A stretch of DNA of 52,522 nucleotides from Bacillota bacterium. GTDB taxonomy: Bacteria; Bacillota; Sulfobacillia; RBS10-35; JAJYVN01. The position numbers and the translations under genes are program-made. The notes beneath the pieces were generated by a model, which made no database searches, was not told where the DNA came from, and saw nothing but the letters and a program-made list of their open reading frames with translations. Where the stretch lies: contig JAJYVV010000002.1 in the NCBI GenBank assembly GCA_021791815.1, positions 1 to 52,522 of the forward strand, given 5' to 3'. This document shows, piece after piece, positions 9,120 to 18,295 of this stretch; the first letter of the stretch is position 1, and each line of letters opens with the position of its first letter.

Positions 9120-10223
9120 CTAATGGGGCGCCGCGGCCCGTCCGTACGACCAGGCGCTGGCGGCCAGGGCGGCCGCCGTCCAGGCCGCCAGCACGGGCCA
9201 GACGAGCGCCGCGCCGCCGTGCAGCGTCCAGTAGCCGTGGAATGCGTGCTGCAGGGCGGCGTTGGCGTACGCGACCGGGAACACGCGGGCGACCACGGAC
9301 GCCGCCGCGCCGCTCCAGCCGAGCGGCCCGAAGGGCCCGCTGATGAAGAAGAGCGGCAGGCCGACCGCGAAGGCCAGCGGGGTCACCGAGTTGACGCGGC
9401 GCATCAGGCTGCCGGCGGCCAGGCCGAGGCTGAGGAAGGCCACCAACGCGAGCACGGTGACCGCCGCCACGGAGCCGAGGTCGGACCACGACGCGGGATG
9501 CGCCCCGGCCGCGATGACGGCGCCCAGGACCAGGGCCGCGCTGACCAGCCCCTGCACCACGCCGGCGCCGAGCTTGCCCGCCACGACCGCCCACGGCGGC
9601 ACCGGCGCAAGGAGCAGTTCCTTGATGGTCCCGCGCTCCCACTCGCCCGCCACGCTGCGCCCGCCGGTGAGCAGCCCGCCGACCAGGATCGAGACCGTGA
9701 GGAGGCTGACCGCGATGTACGCGAGGAACCCGACGTCCGACCGGTAGGTGTCCACCTCGCGCCACCCGACCGGCAGGCCCCCGGGCTGCTGGGCGGTGAA
9801 GGAGAGCAGCGCCAGCGGCAGCGCCCGCCGCACGTCGTCCGCGAAGTCCGCGTTTTCGTTGTCCAGCGTGAAGGCCAGGACCGCCGGACCGTCGCCGCCC
9901 GGGGCCAGGTCCGGCGGGACGGTGATCGCGACCACCGCCTCCCCCCGGCCCAGTTGGTCCGTGGCGGCCGCCCGGGTCGGCACCGGACGCAGGTCGAAGG
10001 TCAGGGCGTCGCGCAGCGCCGTCACCATCTGGGCGCTCCCCGGCGCGGCCGGGCGCGGCACGTAGAGGGCCGCCGGCACGCGCCCGCCGCTGAGCGCGAA
10101 GAGCATGAACAGGACCAGAAAGTTCAGCGGCAGCACCACGGCCAGGATCGTGGCCAGGGGCTCGGCCCGGGCCAGGGCCAGGTCGTTGCGCAGGACGGCG
10201 GCGGCGCCCCGCAGCCCGTTCAA
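9120..10223 (-). CDS. ABC-2 type transporter permease (second subunit)
   Basis: TTG 10223 overlaps the ATPase stop (TTGA). 'EWERGTIKELLLAPV' and the same topology as the paralogue downstream. The rest of the 697-aa track ORF is an out-of-frame read-through of the ATPase gene. Confidence 0.8.
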   Translation of the reverse strand: MNGLRGAAAVLRNDLALARAEPLATILAVVLPLNFLVLFMLFALSGGRVPAALYVPRPAAPGSAQMVTALRDALTFDLRPVPTRAAATDQLGRGEAVVAITVPPDLAPGGDGPAVLAFTLDNENADFADDVRRALPLALLSFTAQQPGGLPVGWREVDTYRSDVGFLAYIAVSLLTVSILVGGLLTGGRSVAGEWERGTIKELLLAPVPPWAVVAGKLGAGVVQGLVSAALVLGAVIAAGAHPASWSDLGSVAAVTVLALVAFLSLGLAAGSLMRRVNSVTPLAFAVGLPLFFISGPFGPLGWSGAAASVVARVFPVAYANAALQHAFHGYWTLHGGAALVWPVLAAWTAAALAASAWSYGRAAAPH

Positions 10224-11194
10224 TCGCGGAGCCCCCTTCCCGTCAGCGCAAGGAAGACCTCGTCCAGCGCCGGCTCGCGCAGGGAGAGATGGCGCACGGC
10301 GCACCCGGAGGCGAGGACGGCCTGGAGGAAGGGGGCGAGCGCCGCCCCGCCCGGGGCGGGTTCGGAACCAGGGCCCGCGCCGATGCAGACCGAGAGGCGG
10401 GGCCCTTCCGCGGATGCCTCGCGGACGCCCGGGAGGGTCCGCAGGGTCTGGAGCAGCGTGGCGGGCGCGTCCCGGTCCAGTTCGGCCTCCACCACGCTCT
10501 CCCCGTACCGGGCCTTGAGCGCCGCGGGCGTTCCCTCGGCCACGAGCCGGCCGCGGTCGAGGATCGCCAGGCGGTCGCAGAGGGCGCTCGCCTCCTCGAG
10601 GTAGTTGGTGGTGAGGAGCACCGTGCGGCCGCCGGCCTTCATCGCCAGGATGTAGTCCCAGATCGCTCGGCGCGCCTGGACGTCGACGCCGAGCGTCGGC
10701 TCGTCGAGATACACGAGCTGGGGGTCGTGGAGCAGCGCCCGCGCGATCGCCAACCGCCGCTTCATGCCGCCGGAGAAGGTCGATACCCGGGAGCGTCCCC
10801 GTTCGGTCAGCTGCGCCAGCTCGAGCATGGCGGCGATGCGCGCCGGCCGCTGCCCGGGCGGGATGCCGAAGAGCTCCGCATGGAAGGCGAGGTTCCGTTC
10901 GGCCGTGAGTTCCTCGTAGAGCGCGGTCTCCTGGGGCACGACGCCCAGGAGGCGGCGCGCCTCCGCGGCCTGGCGGCGGGGGTCGAGGCCGAAGACCCGT
11001 ACGGTGCCCGCCGAGGGCTCGGCCAGGCCGCTGATCAGGTTGAGCGTCGTGGTCTTGCCCGACCCGTTGGGGCCCAGGAGCCCGTAGATCTCGCCCCGGC
11101 CCACCGCGAAATCGAGGCCGCGGAGCACCGCGAAGGCGCCGAAGCGCTTTTCCAGGCCGCGGACGTCGAGGGCCTGCGCCGCATCCGGCGTCAC
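10220..11194 (-). CDS. ABC transporter ATP-binding protein
   Basis: Walker A 'GPNGSGKTT', signature 'FSGGMKRRLAIA', Walker B 'LVYLDEPTLGVD'. The start overlaps the TetR stop (ATGA). Confidence 0.95.
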   Translation of the reverse strand: MTPDAAQALDVRGLEKRFGAFAVLRGLDFAVGRGEIYGLLGPNGSGKTTTLNLISGLAEPSAGTVRVFGLDPRRQAAEARRLLGVVPQETALYEELTAERNLAFHAELFGIPPGQRPARIAAMLELAQLTERGRSRVSTFSGGMKRRLAIARALLHDPQLVYLDEPTLGVDVQARRAIWDYILAMKAGGRTVLLTTNYLEEASALCDRLAILDRGRLVAEGTPAALKARYGESVVEAELDRDAPATLLQTLRTLPGVREASAEGPRLSVCIGAGPGSEPAPGGAALAPFLQAVLASGCAVRHLSLREPALDEVFLALTGRGLRD

Positions 11195-11856
11195 GCCCGC
11201 CCTCCCCCTTCATCCGCTCCGGCCCCCCGCAACACCAGGCGGACCGCGGCGTCGATCCGGCGGTCCGTGGCCTCCGGCGAGGTGTCGAGCGGCTGTCCCG
11301 TGTCCCGCATCAGGGTCGTGACGAGGAGCATGCCGATCCACTGCAGCGCGACGGCCTCCGGGTCGACCCCGGTGCGGAGGGACGGCCGAGCCTGCTCCAG
11401 CGCGCGGCGCAGGAAGCCGAGCACGGCTTGGGGGATGGCCAGCAGCGCGGGGAGTTCCGCCGTTCGGCTCCCCTCGCTGAGGCCGAAGCGGAGCAGTTCG
11501 GGGTGGGTTCCCAGCTGGGCGGCGAGTCGACCCAGGCAGGCGCGGAGCCCGGCGGCGGCCCGGGCCGGGTCGCCGCCGTCCACCGCCGGGTCGAGGGCGG
11601 TGAGCTCGTCGACGGGGCTGAAGCGGCGCACGGCCTCGTGGATCAGGGTGGCCTTGTCGCCGAAGTGCCGGAAGATGGTCACCTCGTTGACGCCGGCGGC
11701 CTGGGCCAGCGCGCGGGTGGTGGTCCCGGCGAGACCTCGCTCCGCCGCCAGGCGAAGGAACGCGGACAGGATGCGCGTCTCCGTGTCGCCGTCCGCGGGT
11801 GCGCCCGGGGCCTTGGAGGGACCCGGCCGCGGAGCGCCACGATCGGCTGCGACCAT
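11191..11856 (-). CDS. TetR/AcrR family transcriptional regulator
   Basis: HTH 'GLAGTTTRALAQAAGVNEVTIFRHFGDKATL'. ATG 11856 lies about 60 nt downstream of a good promoter match. Upstream in-frame Met codons fall inside that promoter. Confidence 0.85.
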   Translation of the reverse strand: MVAADRGAPRPGPSKAPGAPADGDTETRILSAFLRLAAERGLAGTTTRALAQAAGVNEVTIFRHFGDKATLIHEAVRRFSPVDELTALDPAVDGGDPARAAAGLRACLGRLAAQLGTHPELLRFGLSEGSRTAELPALLAIPQAVLGFLRRALEQARPSLRTGVDPEAVALQWIGMLLVTTLMRDTGQPLDTSPEATDRRIDAAVRLVLRGAGADEGGGRA

Positions 11857-11917
11857 CGCGTCGCCCCCCCGCCGGGGCAGCCGCGGCGCCGATCCTGGGA
11901 AACGACGCCGCCCGGTC

Positions 11918-11946
11918 ATTATCGTGGGCCCGCGGCGGTAGTGCAA
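11918..11946 (-). promoter_or_regulatory. Sigma-70-like promoter for the TetR/ABC operon
   Basis: On the minus strand: TTGCAC (11946-11941), 17 nt, GATAAT (11923-11918). AT-rich hexamers are rare in this DNA. An imperfect AT-rich palindrome (..CATGCATG..) sits just upstream. Confidence 0.45.
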
Positions 11947-11985
11947 GTACATGCATGCTTTGGGACGACCCGCTGCCCCGCCGGG

Positions 11986-13974
11986 TCAGCCGCCGAGGCG
12001 CCGCACGTCGCCCTCCCGCCGCGTCACGCGGATCGCGTCGAGGTGCTCCGCGATGGGCACGGCGTGGCGCCGGGTCACGCCCAAAAGGTCCCGCAGCTCG
12101 GCAACCGTCATCGTGCCGTGGGCGCGGAGGTGCTCCCGCACGCGGAGGGCGGCGGCGGCCACCGCGGCGGGGCTGAAATACAGGTCGGGGGCCACGCGCT
12201 CGACGCGCTGCTGCGAGGCCAGGTGCGCCAGGAACTCGGCGCGCAGCGCGTCGTCGCCCGCAAAGCCGGCCTGGCGCAACGCCTCGCCCACGGCCGGCGG
12301 TTGGAGCCCCGCGGCGTCGAGGACCCCGCACAACCGCCCGGCCACTCCGGCCAGATCCTCGGGCAACTCCGGCCGGTGCCCGGGCAGGGCCACCAGGTCA
12401 CCGTCGATGCGCAGCACGCCGTCTTCCGCCAGGCGGTTCCAGACCAGGCCGGCCACCCGCGGTTCCGGGCCCGGCAGGACCGCCCGCCGCAGCGCCTCCC
12501 GCGGCATGCCCGGCCGCAGCGGGTACCGGCCCTGGTGCAGGGCGAGTTGGCTCCGCGCCGCGTCGGCCACCGCCGTCCAACCCTCGGGGGTCACCAGCGC
12601 CCCATCCGCCGCCGCGTCTCCCAGGATCATCAGCCGGCCCGTCCGCCGCAGTTCCTCCGCGGCGGCGAGGGCCTCCGGCACGGGCAGCCCCGCGGCGGCG
12701 GCCGCCGCGGCGAGCGGCAGGGGACCCCCGCGGGCGACCGCCGCGAAGAGCAGGTCCCGGGGATCGCCCCGCTCCGCCCGGCGCAGCGCCTCCCGGTCGG
12801 GCGACGAGCCCCGCCGGAACCTCCTCCCGACCTCCACCACGGTGCCGCCGCCCACGGTGGTGACCGGACTGTAGGAGCGGACGATGAAGCGGTCGCCGCG
12901 ACCGGCCGCGGCCGCGGTCTCGAGGCGCAGCAGCGCGAACGCGGACGCCCCCGGCGCCAGTTCGTCGCCCTCCAGGAGCGTGAGGCGGCAGAGCACCTCG
13001 GCCGTGCCGAGGTGCAGGTGGAGCCGGGCCCCGTGCCGCAGCGGACGTTCGAGTCGGGAGAGCGCTTCCAGGCGCACCGCCAGCAGGCGCTCGGCCCGCA
13101 GGGAGCCGGGCGCGGCGAGGACGTCGCCCCGGCGCACGTCGGCCCGCTCCACCCCGGCGAGGTTGCAGGCCACGCGCTGCCCGGCCCGCGCCGACGGGAC
13201 GGCGCGGCCGTGCACCTGCAGGCCCCGGACGCGCACGGCCCGTCCCGCCGGCAGGAGTTCGAGGTGGTCGAGGGCGGCGATGGTGCCGGACGTCAGCGTC
13301 CCGGTGGCGACGGTCCCGAATCCGGGGACGGAGAAGACCCGGTCGACCGGCATCCGCGCGAACCCGCGGTCCCGGCTCGCCTCGGCGCCCTGCAGGCCGG
13401 CGTCGAGGGCCCCGCGCAGCGCCTCGAGCCCCTCGCCCGTGACGGACGAGACGGCGACCAGCGGCGCATCGCGGAGGGGCGTGGGCGCGACCAAGGCCCG
13501 CGCGTCCTCCCGGGCCAGGTCGAGCCACTCGGCGTCCACGAGGTCCGACTTCGTGAGGGCGAGGACGGCGCGGCGCACCCCGAGGAGCAGGAGGATGTCC
13601 AGGTGCTCGCGGGTCTGGGGCATCGCGCCTTCGTCGGCCGCCACGACGAGCAGGCCCAGGTCGACCCCGCTCGCGCCGGCGACCATGTTGCGGATGAAGC
13701 GCTCGTGGCCGGGGACGTCCACCAGGCCGGCCCGCCGGCCCGAGGGCAGCGGCAGGTCGGCGAAGCCGATGTCGATGCTGATGCCGCGACGCTTCTCCTC
13801 GGGCAGGCGGTCGGTGTCCGCGCCCGTCAGGGCCCGCACGAGCGCCGTCTTGCCGTGGTCCACGTGGCCCGCCGTGCCGATGATGCCCACGGCGGGCGGC
13901 GGGTCGCCTCCCGCCGGGCCCGGGGTGGCGGGCCGCGGGGCCGCGGAACGGGCGCCCGCCGGCAGGGGGTCCAC
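11986..13974 (-). CDS. selB: Selenocysteine-specific translation elongation factor SelB
   Basis: '[85 protein letters not shown]' followed by long C-terminal winged-helix-like repeats. Total 662 aa. The exact start (GTG 13974 or the GTG just before 'GIIGTAGH') is uncertain. Confidence 0.9.
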   Translation of the reverse strand: MDPLPAGARSAAPRPATPGPAGGDPPPAVGIIGTAGHVDHGKTALVRALTGADTDRLPEEKRRGISIDIGFADLPLPSGRRAGLVDVPGHERFIRNMVAGASGVDLGLLVVAADEGAMPQTREHLDILLLLGVRRAVLALTKSDLVDAEWLDLAREDARALVAPTPLRDAPLVAVSSVTGEGLEALRGALDAGLQGAEASRDRGFARMPVDRVFSVPGFGTVATGTLTSGTIAALDHLELLPAGRAVRVRGLQVHGRAVPSARAGQRVACNLAGVERADVRRGDVLAAPGSLRAERLLAVRLEALSRLERPLRHGARLHLHLGTAEVLCRLTLLEGDELAPGASAFALLRLETAAAAGRGDRFIVRSYSPVTTVGGGTVVEVGRRFRRGSSPDREALRRAERGDPRDLLFAAVARGGPLPLAAAAAAAGLPVPEALAAAEELRRTGRLMILGDAAADGALVTPEGWTAVADAARSQLALHQGRYPLRPGMPREALRRAVLPGPEPRVAGLVWNRLAEDGVLRIDGDLVALPGHRPELPEDLAGVAGRLCGVLDAAGLQPPAVGEALRQAGFAGDDALRAEFLAHLASQQRVERVAPDLYFSPAAVAAAALRVREHLRAHGTMTVAELRDLLGVTRRHAVPIAEHLDAIRVTRREGDVRRLGG

Positions 13975-14038
13975 CTCCCCGTCTCGCTGGCGTCGAGGGG
14001 CCCGCCCCGACCAGACGGGCCGTGCGCCCCGGGGCCCC

Positions 14039-14665
14039 TCAGCCGAGGGCCAGCTCCGCGGTGAATGTGAACGGCCGCGGACGTCCCTGCACGCGGATCC
14101 ACCCCCCCGTGAAGCCCGCCTCCACCGAGGCCGGCCCGGGCGGAAGGTGCCCCACCCACATCACGATGGAGCGCTTCGTGCCGGCGGGCCAGTCGTGCAT
14201 GCCCGCCCGGCTGTGGTCGCGGAGCCCGTCGCTGTGGCGGGCCAAGACCGCCCGGCCGCCCGCCGCCCGCAGGTCCGGCCGGGAGACGACCATGTCCAGG
14301 CCGGTCGTCCGGTGGCACCGGACGAAGCAGAGCTGCAGGGCCTCGGCCGACAGGCGGAGGGCCGCGGCGCGCCCCCCCACGCGGCCGACCTCCAGCCGCA
14401 TGGCGACCTGGTCGAACGCGTTGCCCTCCGCGAGCGCCTCCCAGGTCAGATCGCCGGGCAGCCGGTCCAGGCGGTCGTCGCACGACGGCACTGGAAGGAT
14501 CGCGACCACGCCGCGGCAGTGCCGCAGCTCCTCCAGGCGGGCCGCATCCACCTCGACCGACACCCATCCGGTGTGGACGTGATGCACCACGCGCGCGCCC
14601 ACGTCCGCCAGGGCAGCCTCCTCGAAAACGGCCGGCTCGACCTCGGTGCTGACGCGCAACTCCAC
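14039..14665 (-). CDS. Hypothetical protein (no family recognised)
   Basis: 208 aa. GTG start 6 nt after GGAGGGGG. The composition is far less Arg/Pro-biased than the spurious ORFs. The gene ends 64 nt upstream of selB on the same strand. Confidence 0.55.
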   Translation of the reverse strand: MELRVSTEVEPAVFEEAALADVGARVVHHVHTGWVSVEVDAARLEELRHCRGVVAILPVPSCDDRLDRLPGDLTWEALAEGNAFDQVAMRLEVGRVGGRAAALRLSAEALQLCFVRCHRTTGLDMVVSRPDLRAAGGRAVLARHSDGLRDHSRAGMHDWPAGTKRSIVMWVGHLPPGPASVEAGFTGGWIRVQGRPRPFTFTAELALG

Positions 14666-15002
14666 GCAGCGCCCCCTCCGCGATGGGCCGCCCGTTCGCC
14701 GGCCCCGCCACCGGGCGTCGGGGCCGCCCGCGTCCCAATCCTATCATCGTTCCGCAGCCCGGCGAATCCGTCCCGGCACGCGATGCGGGGTCAAGGCAAA
14801 GTCGTGCGGAGGGGGCGGGAGGCGGGGGGCATGCGAGGCCAAGGTGGGCAGGGTATGGCGTCAGAGACTGGGAGGGCAGGGGCAAGTGACCCGGTCTGAG
14901 CCCGGGGACGCGTGGGCTGGGGGGGACGGCGGGCCGTCGACGCGCTATGGCGAGCGGCCGGCCCGGGACGACGGCGGGACGCAGGGGCTGCGAGCGGGAG
15001 GT

Positions 15003-15713
15003 TCAGACTCCCAGCAGGGCCAGGATCTCGTGCCGTCGGGCGGCGCAGTGGCGGTTGCCCTCGGGGATGCCGGACCAGCCCTTGCCGCGGATCAGCGCGA
15101 TGGCGAGGGTGCGCAGGGTGGCCATGGCGCGCGGCCCGTTGGCCGTGCGCACCTCACTCGCGTCCTCACCGTAGGTAAAGTCGCGCACGTAGTGCACTTT
15201 GTTCTCGATGTGCCAATGATTGCGGACCAAGGCAAGCAGTCGCTCCGGTTTGGCCTTCTCGGCAGTCAAGCTGTTCACGCCGTATGCGGTTTCCTCGGTG
15301 ACCTTCCCGGCCTTGATGTAGCTGGTCTTACGATGGATGTGAAACGCTTGGGCGGCATGCGGGAATTCCAGACACCCCCGCAACGCCGAACTCACCTGAA
15401 TCGTCCGAACCTCGATGCGTCCGTGACCCTTGTTCGTCTGCCGGAGCGGAGGCGGAAAACCATCGTCGTCCAGGTCCTGGATGGCCTTCCGCAGCGTCGG
15501 CTGGTTGTCCTTGACCGTGAAGACGTAGTGCGCCTTCTTCTCCTCCACCACCTGCTCCGTCTGGGCGTTCAGGGCGTCGGCCGTGACCACCTTGCCCACC
15601 AAGTCCAGCGGCCGCGGCAGCGGCTGGAACTCCGGAATCTCGTTGGTCTTGTCCGGAATCCGGCTTTGCGCCAACACCATGGCTGCCCCCACCGGAAGTT
15701 GCGCTCCGGGAGG
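15003..15713 (-). pseudogene. ISAs1-family (IS4-like DDE) transposase, 5'-truncated
   Basis: '..VLAQSRIPDKTNEIPEFQPLPRPLDLVGKVVTADALNAQTEQVVEEKKAHYVFTVKDNQPTL..LVRNHWHIENKVHYVRDFTYGEDASEVRTANGPRAMATLRTLAIALI' is typical of ISAs1/H-repeat transposases. About the first third is missing. G+C is visibly lower than the surroundings. Confidence 0.8.
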
Positions 15714-15760
15714 GCATCCCACGCAACCATAGCAACGGTTGCTATGGTTGCGTGGGATGC
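15714..15760. repeat. Perfect 47-nt palindrome (23-nt arms, 1-nt spacer)
   Basis: GCATCCCACGCAACCATAGCAAC g GTTGCTATGGTTGCGTGGGATGC, read directly. The flanks beyond the arms are not mirrored. Confidence 0.95.
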
Positions 15761-15949
15761 GTCGCGTCTGATGCAACCCTAACGCCGGTGGCTGAGCGTG
15801 TCGCCTCCCTACGGCTCCGTCAGCCGTGGCGCGAAATGGCGCCTGGCCGGCCATTGCGGACCTTCTGCCGCCCCCGCCAACCGGCGATGACGGCAGCACC
15901 CCACGGGTCGGGCGACGGCTGTTACGGTGCCCGGGGAAGGGAGGAGGTG

Positions 15950-16560
15950 ATGACCATGAAGACTATCGGCGCCCTTGCCACGAGGGGGAGGCGCCACGGC
16001 GCTGCAGAAGCCGCCGAGAGCTCGCCCAGAATGACGCCTCTGAGGTGCCTGCGTGTCCGACCGCCCGTACTTGCACCGGGAGGTCCGGGACCACGCCCTG
16101 CGGGCGCTCTTCGCCGCCATCCCCGGCCTGTCCCTCGCCCGCTTCGGCATCCGCACCGCACCCATGGCGCGGGAGCTTTCCTCGGAGGTCAAGCTCGTCG
16201 AGACGTCGGTGGAAGCCGTCCTGGAGGATGAGGCCGGGACCGTCTGGGTCCTTGAGTTCGAGAGCGGTACCGGCGATGCCGCCCGGCTGATCCGCCACTA
16301 CGCGGCCGCCGCCGGACGCCACCCCGACCAGCGGGTGGAGGCGGCCCTGTTCTGGATCCGGGCCCGCCGGCCGGACCGGGTGCGGCCCGTCCGGGCGCAG
16401 CGCGCCACCCTCTCGGCCCACGAGGTCTTCCTGGCCTCCCTGGACGGCCGGGAGGCCGTCGCCCGCATCCGGGCCCATGCCCGCCGCCCGTCTGACCGCC
16501 GACGACGCGCGGACGTCGTGGCCGGGATGGTTCTGCAGTGCCCGGTCTGCGAGAGGCGTC
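15950..16560 (+). pseudogene. Disrupted Rpn/YhgA-like PD-(D/E)XK nuclease (putative transposase) gene, tentative
   Basis: Strong SD GGGAGGAGG sits before ATG 15950 ('MTMKTIGAL..'). In a different frame from 16053, 'HREVRDHALRALFAAIPGLSLARFGI..SSEVKLVETSVEAVLEDEAGTVWVLEFESGTGDAARLIRHYAA' resembles the N-terminal nuclease core of the Rpn family. That frame has no stop until 18317 and runs out of frame through the GH84 gene, so the 3' end is undefined. Confidence 0.3.
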
Positions 16561-16665
16561 TGATCGGCAACGGTTGGCGGGAGTCCCCGAACTGGCCGGA
16601 AACACCGGCGCAGCGCCCAGGCATCCGCCGCCCGCCCGCCGAAGCGTGTCCGCGGAGGGATGGGC

Positions 16666-18276
16666 ATGCGCAGGGGCGCCGCCGGCGTGGCGGAGACAGC
16701 GGATCCGCGCCGCCCTCCCCGCACGGGCGACGGCCGCCTCGGCGCGGCGCTGCTCCTCGCCGCGCTGGTGCTGGCCGCCGCGGGCTGCGCGCGCCTCTCC
16801 GGCCGCCCGCCGGACGGCCCAGCCCGCGGCCCCGACGCCTCCAGTTCCTCCTCCGCCGCGCAGCCGTCGCCCTTCGCGATCCGCGGCGTCGTGGAGGGCT
16901 TCTACGGGCCCGCCTGGACCCCCGCGGCCACCGCCGACGTCCTCGCCTTCACCGGCGCGCGGGGTATGAACACGTTCGTGTACGCGCCGAAGGACGATCC
17001 GTACCAGCGCGCCCAGTGGGCCAGCCCGTACCCGCCCGCGCAGCTCGCCGACCTGCGCCAGTTGGTCCGCGCGGCCCGCGCCGCGGGCGTCACCTTCGTG
17101 TACTCGCTCAGTCCGGGGCTGTCCATCGTCTACTCGAGCGCCTCGGACCGCGCGGCGGTGGAGGCCAAGCTGGCGCAGCTGCGCGGCATCGGCGTCGACA
17201 CGTTCATGCTCTCCTTCGACGACGTGCCGGACCACCTGCAGGCGGCCCCCGACGTCTCGGCCTACCACGGGAGCCTGGCCGCCGCCCAGGTCGACCTGGT
17301 CAACGCCGTCTATACCGCGGAGCGCGGCGTGGACCCGCGCTTCCGGCTGATGTTCACGCCGACCGAGTACTGGGGCACCACCCCCGACGCCTACCTGCGC
17401 ACCCTCGCGGGCCTCAACCCGGCCATCGGCGTCGTCTGGACCGGGCCCGGCGTGCTGTCGCCCGAGGTCACCCTCGCCCAGGCCCAGGCCTTCGGCGCCA
17501 TCGTCGGCCGCAAACCCATCCTCTGGTACAACTACCCGGTGAACGATTGGACGGCGCCGTCGGGGGAGCTGGCGTCGGGCCTGCCGGGCGTCCAGCCCCG
17601 GGTGCTGTTCATGGGCCCCGTGCGCGGCCTGGCCGCGGACCTGGGGTTGGGTCTGGAGGGCGTTCTGGCCAACCCGATGCTCGAGGCCCGCGCGTCGGAG
17701 CCGGCCCTGGCCTCGCTCGCCGCCTACCTCCAGGACCCGGCCTCCGCGTCCGCCCCGCAGGCGGCCTGGAGCGCGGCGCTGCAGGCCGCGGGGGGCGCGG
17801 CGACACCGGCGCTGCAGGCCTTCGTCGCCGGCGAGAGCCCGTATCCGGCCCTCAGCCCGTCGGGCGCGTACGTCTGGGGTTCGTCGGACCCGGGGCTCGA
17901 CGCCGTCGAGGCGTCGCTCCTCCAGGCCTACGCCCGCGACCCGGGGGCGGCCGTGGCCTCCCCGGCGGCGGCGCAGTTGCGCGCCGCGTTCGAATCCTGG
18001 ATCCAGGCGGTCCCCGCGCTGGCTCCCGCGCGCTTCCCCGACCCGGCGCTGGCCGCCGAGATCGGCCCCTGGGTGGGCTGGATGGCGCCCGCCGGGCACT
18101 CGGGGCTGGACGGGCTGGCGCTGCTGCAGGCCGCCGGCGCCTCGCCGGGCGGCCCGGCCCTGGCGGCGGACAGGGCTCAGGTCCAGCGCGACCTGGTCCT
18201 GCTCGCCTCGTCGCCGGTGGACTTCGGCGGCGACCTGTCCACCTTCCTCGAGGGCGTCCTCGCGGCGACGCCGTGA
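16666..18276 (+). CDS. GH84 family beta-N-acetylglucosaminidase (O-GlcNAcase/NagJ-like) lipoprotein
   Basis: Signal peptide with lipobox 'LAAAGC'. 'IRGVVEGFYGPAWT..GMNTFVYAPKDDPYQRAQWASPYP..VTFVYSLSPG..FMLSFDDV..WTGPGV..LWYNYPVND' is the GH84 catalytic-domain pattern. The second ATG (16666) lies 6 nt after GGAGGG. Confidence 0.85.
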   Translation: MRRGAAGVAETADPRRPPRTGDGRLGAALLLAALVLAAAGCARLSGRPPDGPARGPDASSSSSAAQPSPFAIRGVVEGFYGPAWTPAATADVLAFTGARGMNTFVYAPKDDPYQRAQWASPYPPAQLADLRQLVRAARAAGVTFVYSLSPGLSIVYSSASDRAAVEAKLAQLRGIGVDTFMLSFDDVPDHLQAAPDVSAYHGSLAAAQVDLVNAVYTAERGVDPRFRLMFTPTEYWGTTPDAYLRTLAGLNPAIGVVWTGPGVLSPEVTLAQAQAFGAIVGRKPILWYNYPVNDWTAPSGELASGLPGVQPRVLFMGPVRGLAADLGLGLEGVLANPMLEARASEPALASLAAYLQDPASASAPQAAWSAALQAAGGAATPALQAFVAGESPYPALSPSGAYVWGSSDPGLDAVEASLLQAYARDPGAAVASPAAAQLRAAFESWIQAVPALAPARFPDPALAAEIGPWVGWMAPAGHSGLDGLALLQAAGASPGGPALAADRAQVQRDLVLLASSPVDFGGDLSTFLEGVLAATP

Positions 18277-18278
18277 CC

Positions 18279-18295
18279 CGCCGGGCGGCCCGGCG
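18279..18295. terminator. GC hairpin between convergent genes
   Basis: CGCCGGGC g GCCCGGCG inverted repeat lies between the GH84 stop (18274-18276) and the SBP stop (18296-18298). Confidence 0.3.

Noticed and set aside
11428-14064. 878-aa plus-strand ORF, with similar 671-aa and 376-aa ORFs, overlapping selB
   Set aside because: It is antisense to or out of frame with selB, whose GTPase motifs are unambiguous. The composition is typical of spurious GC-rich frames.
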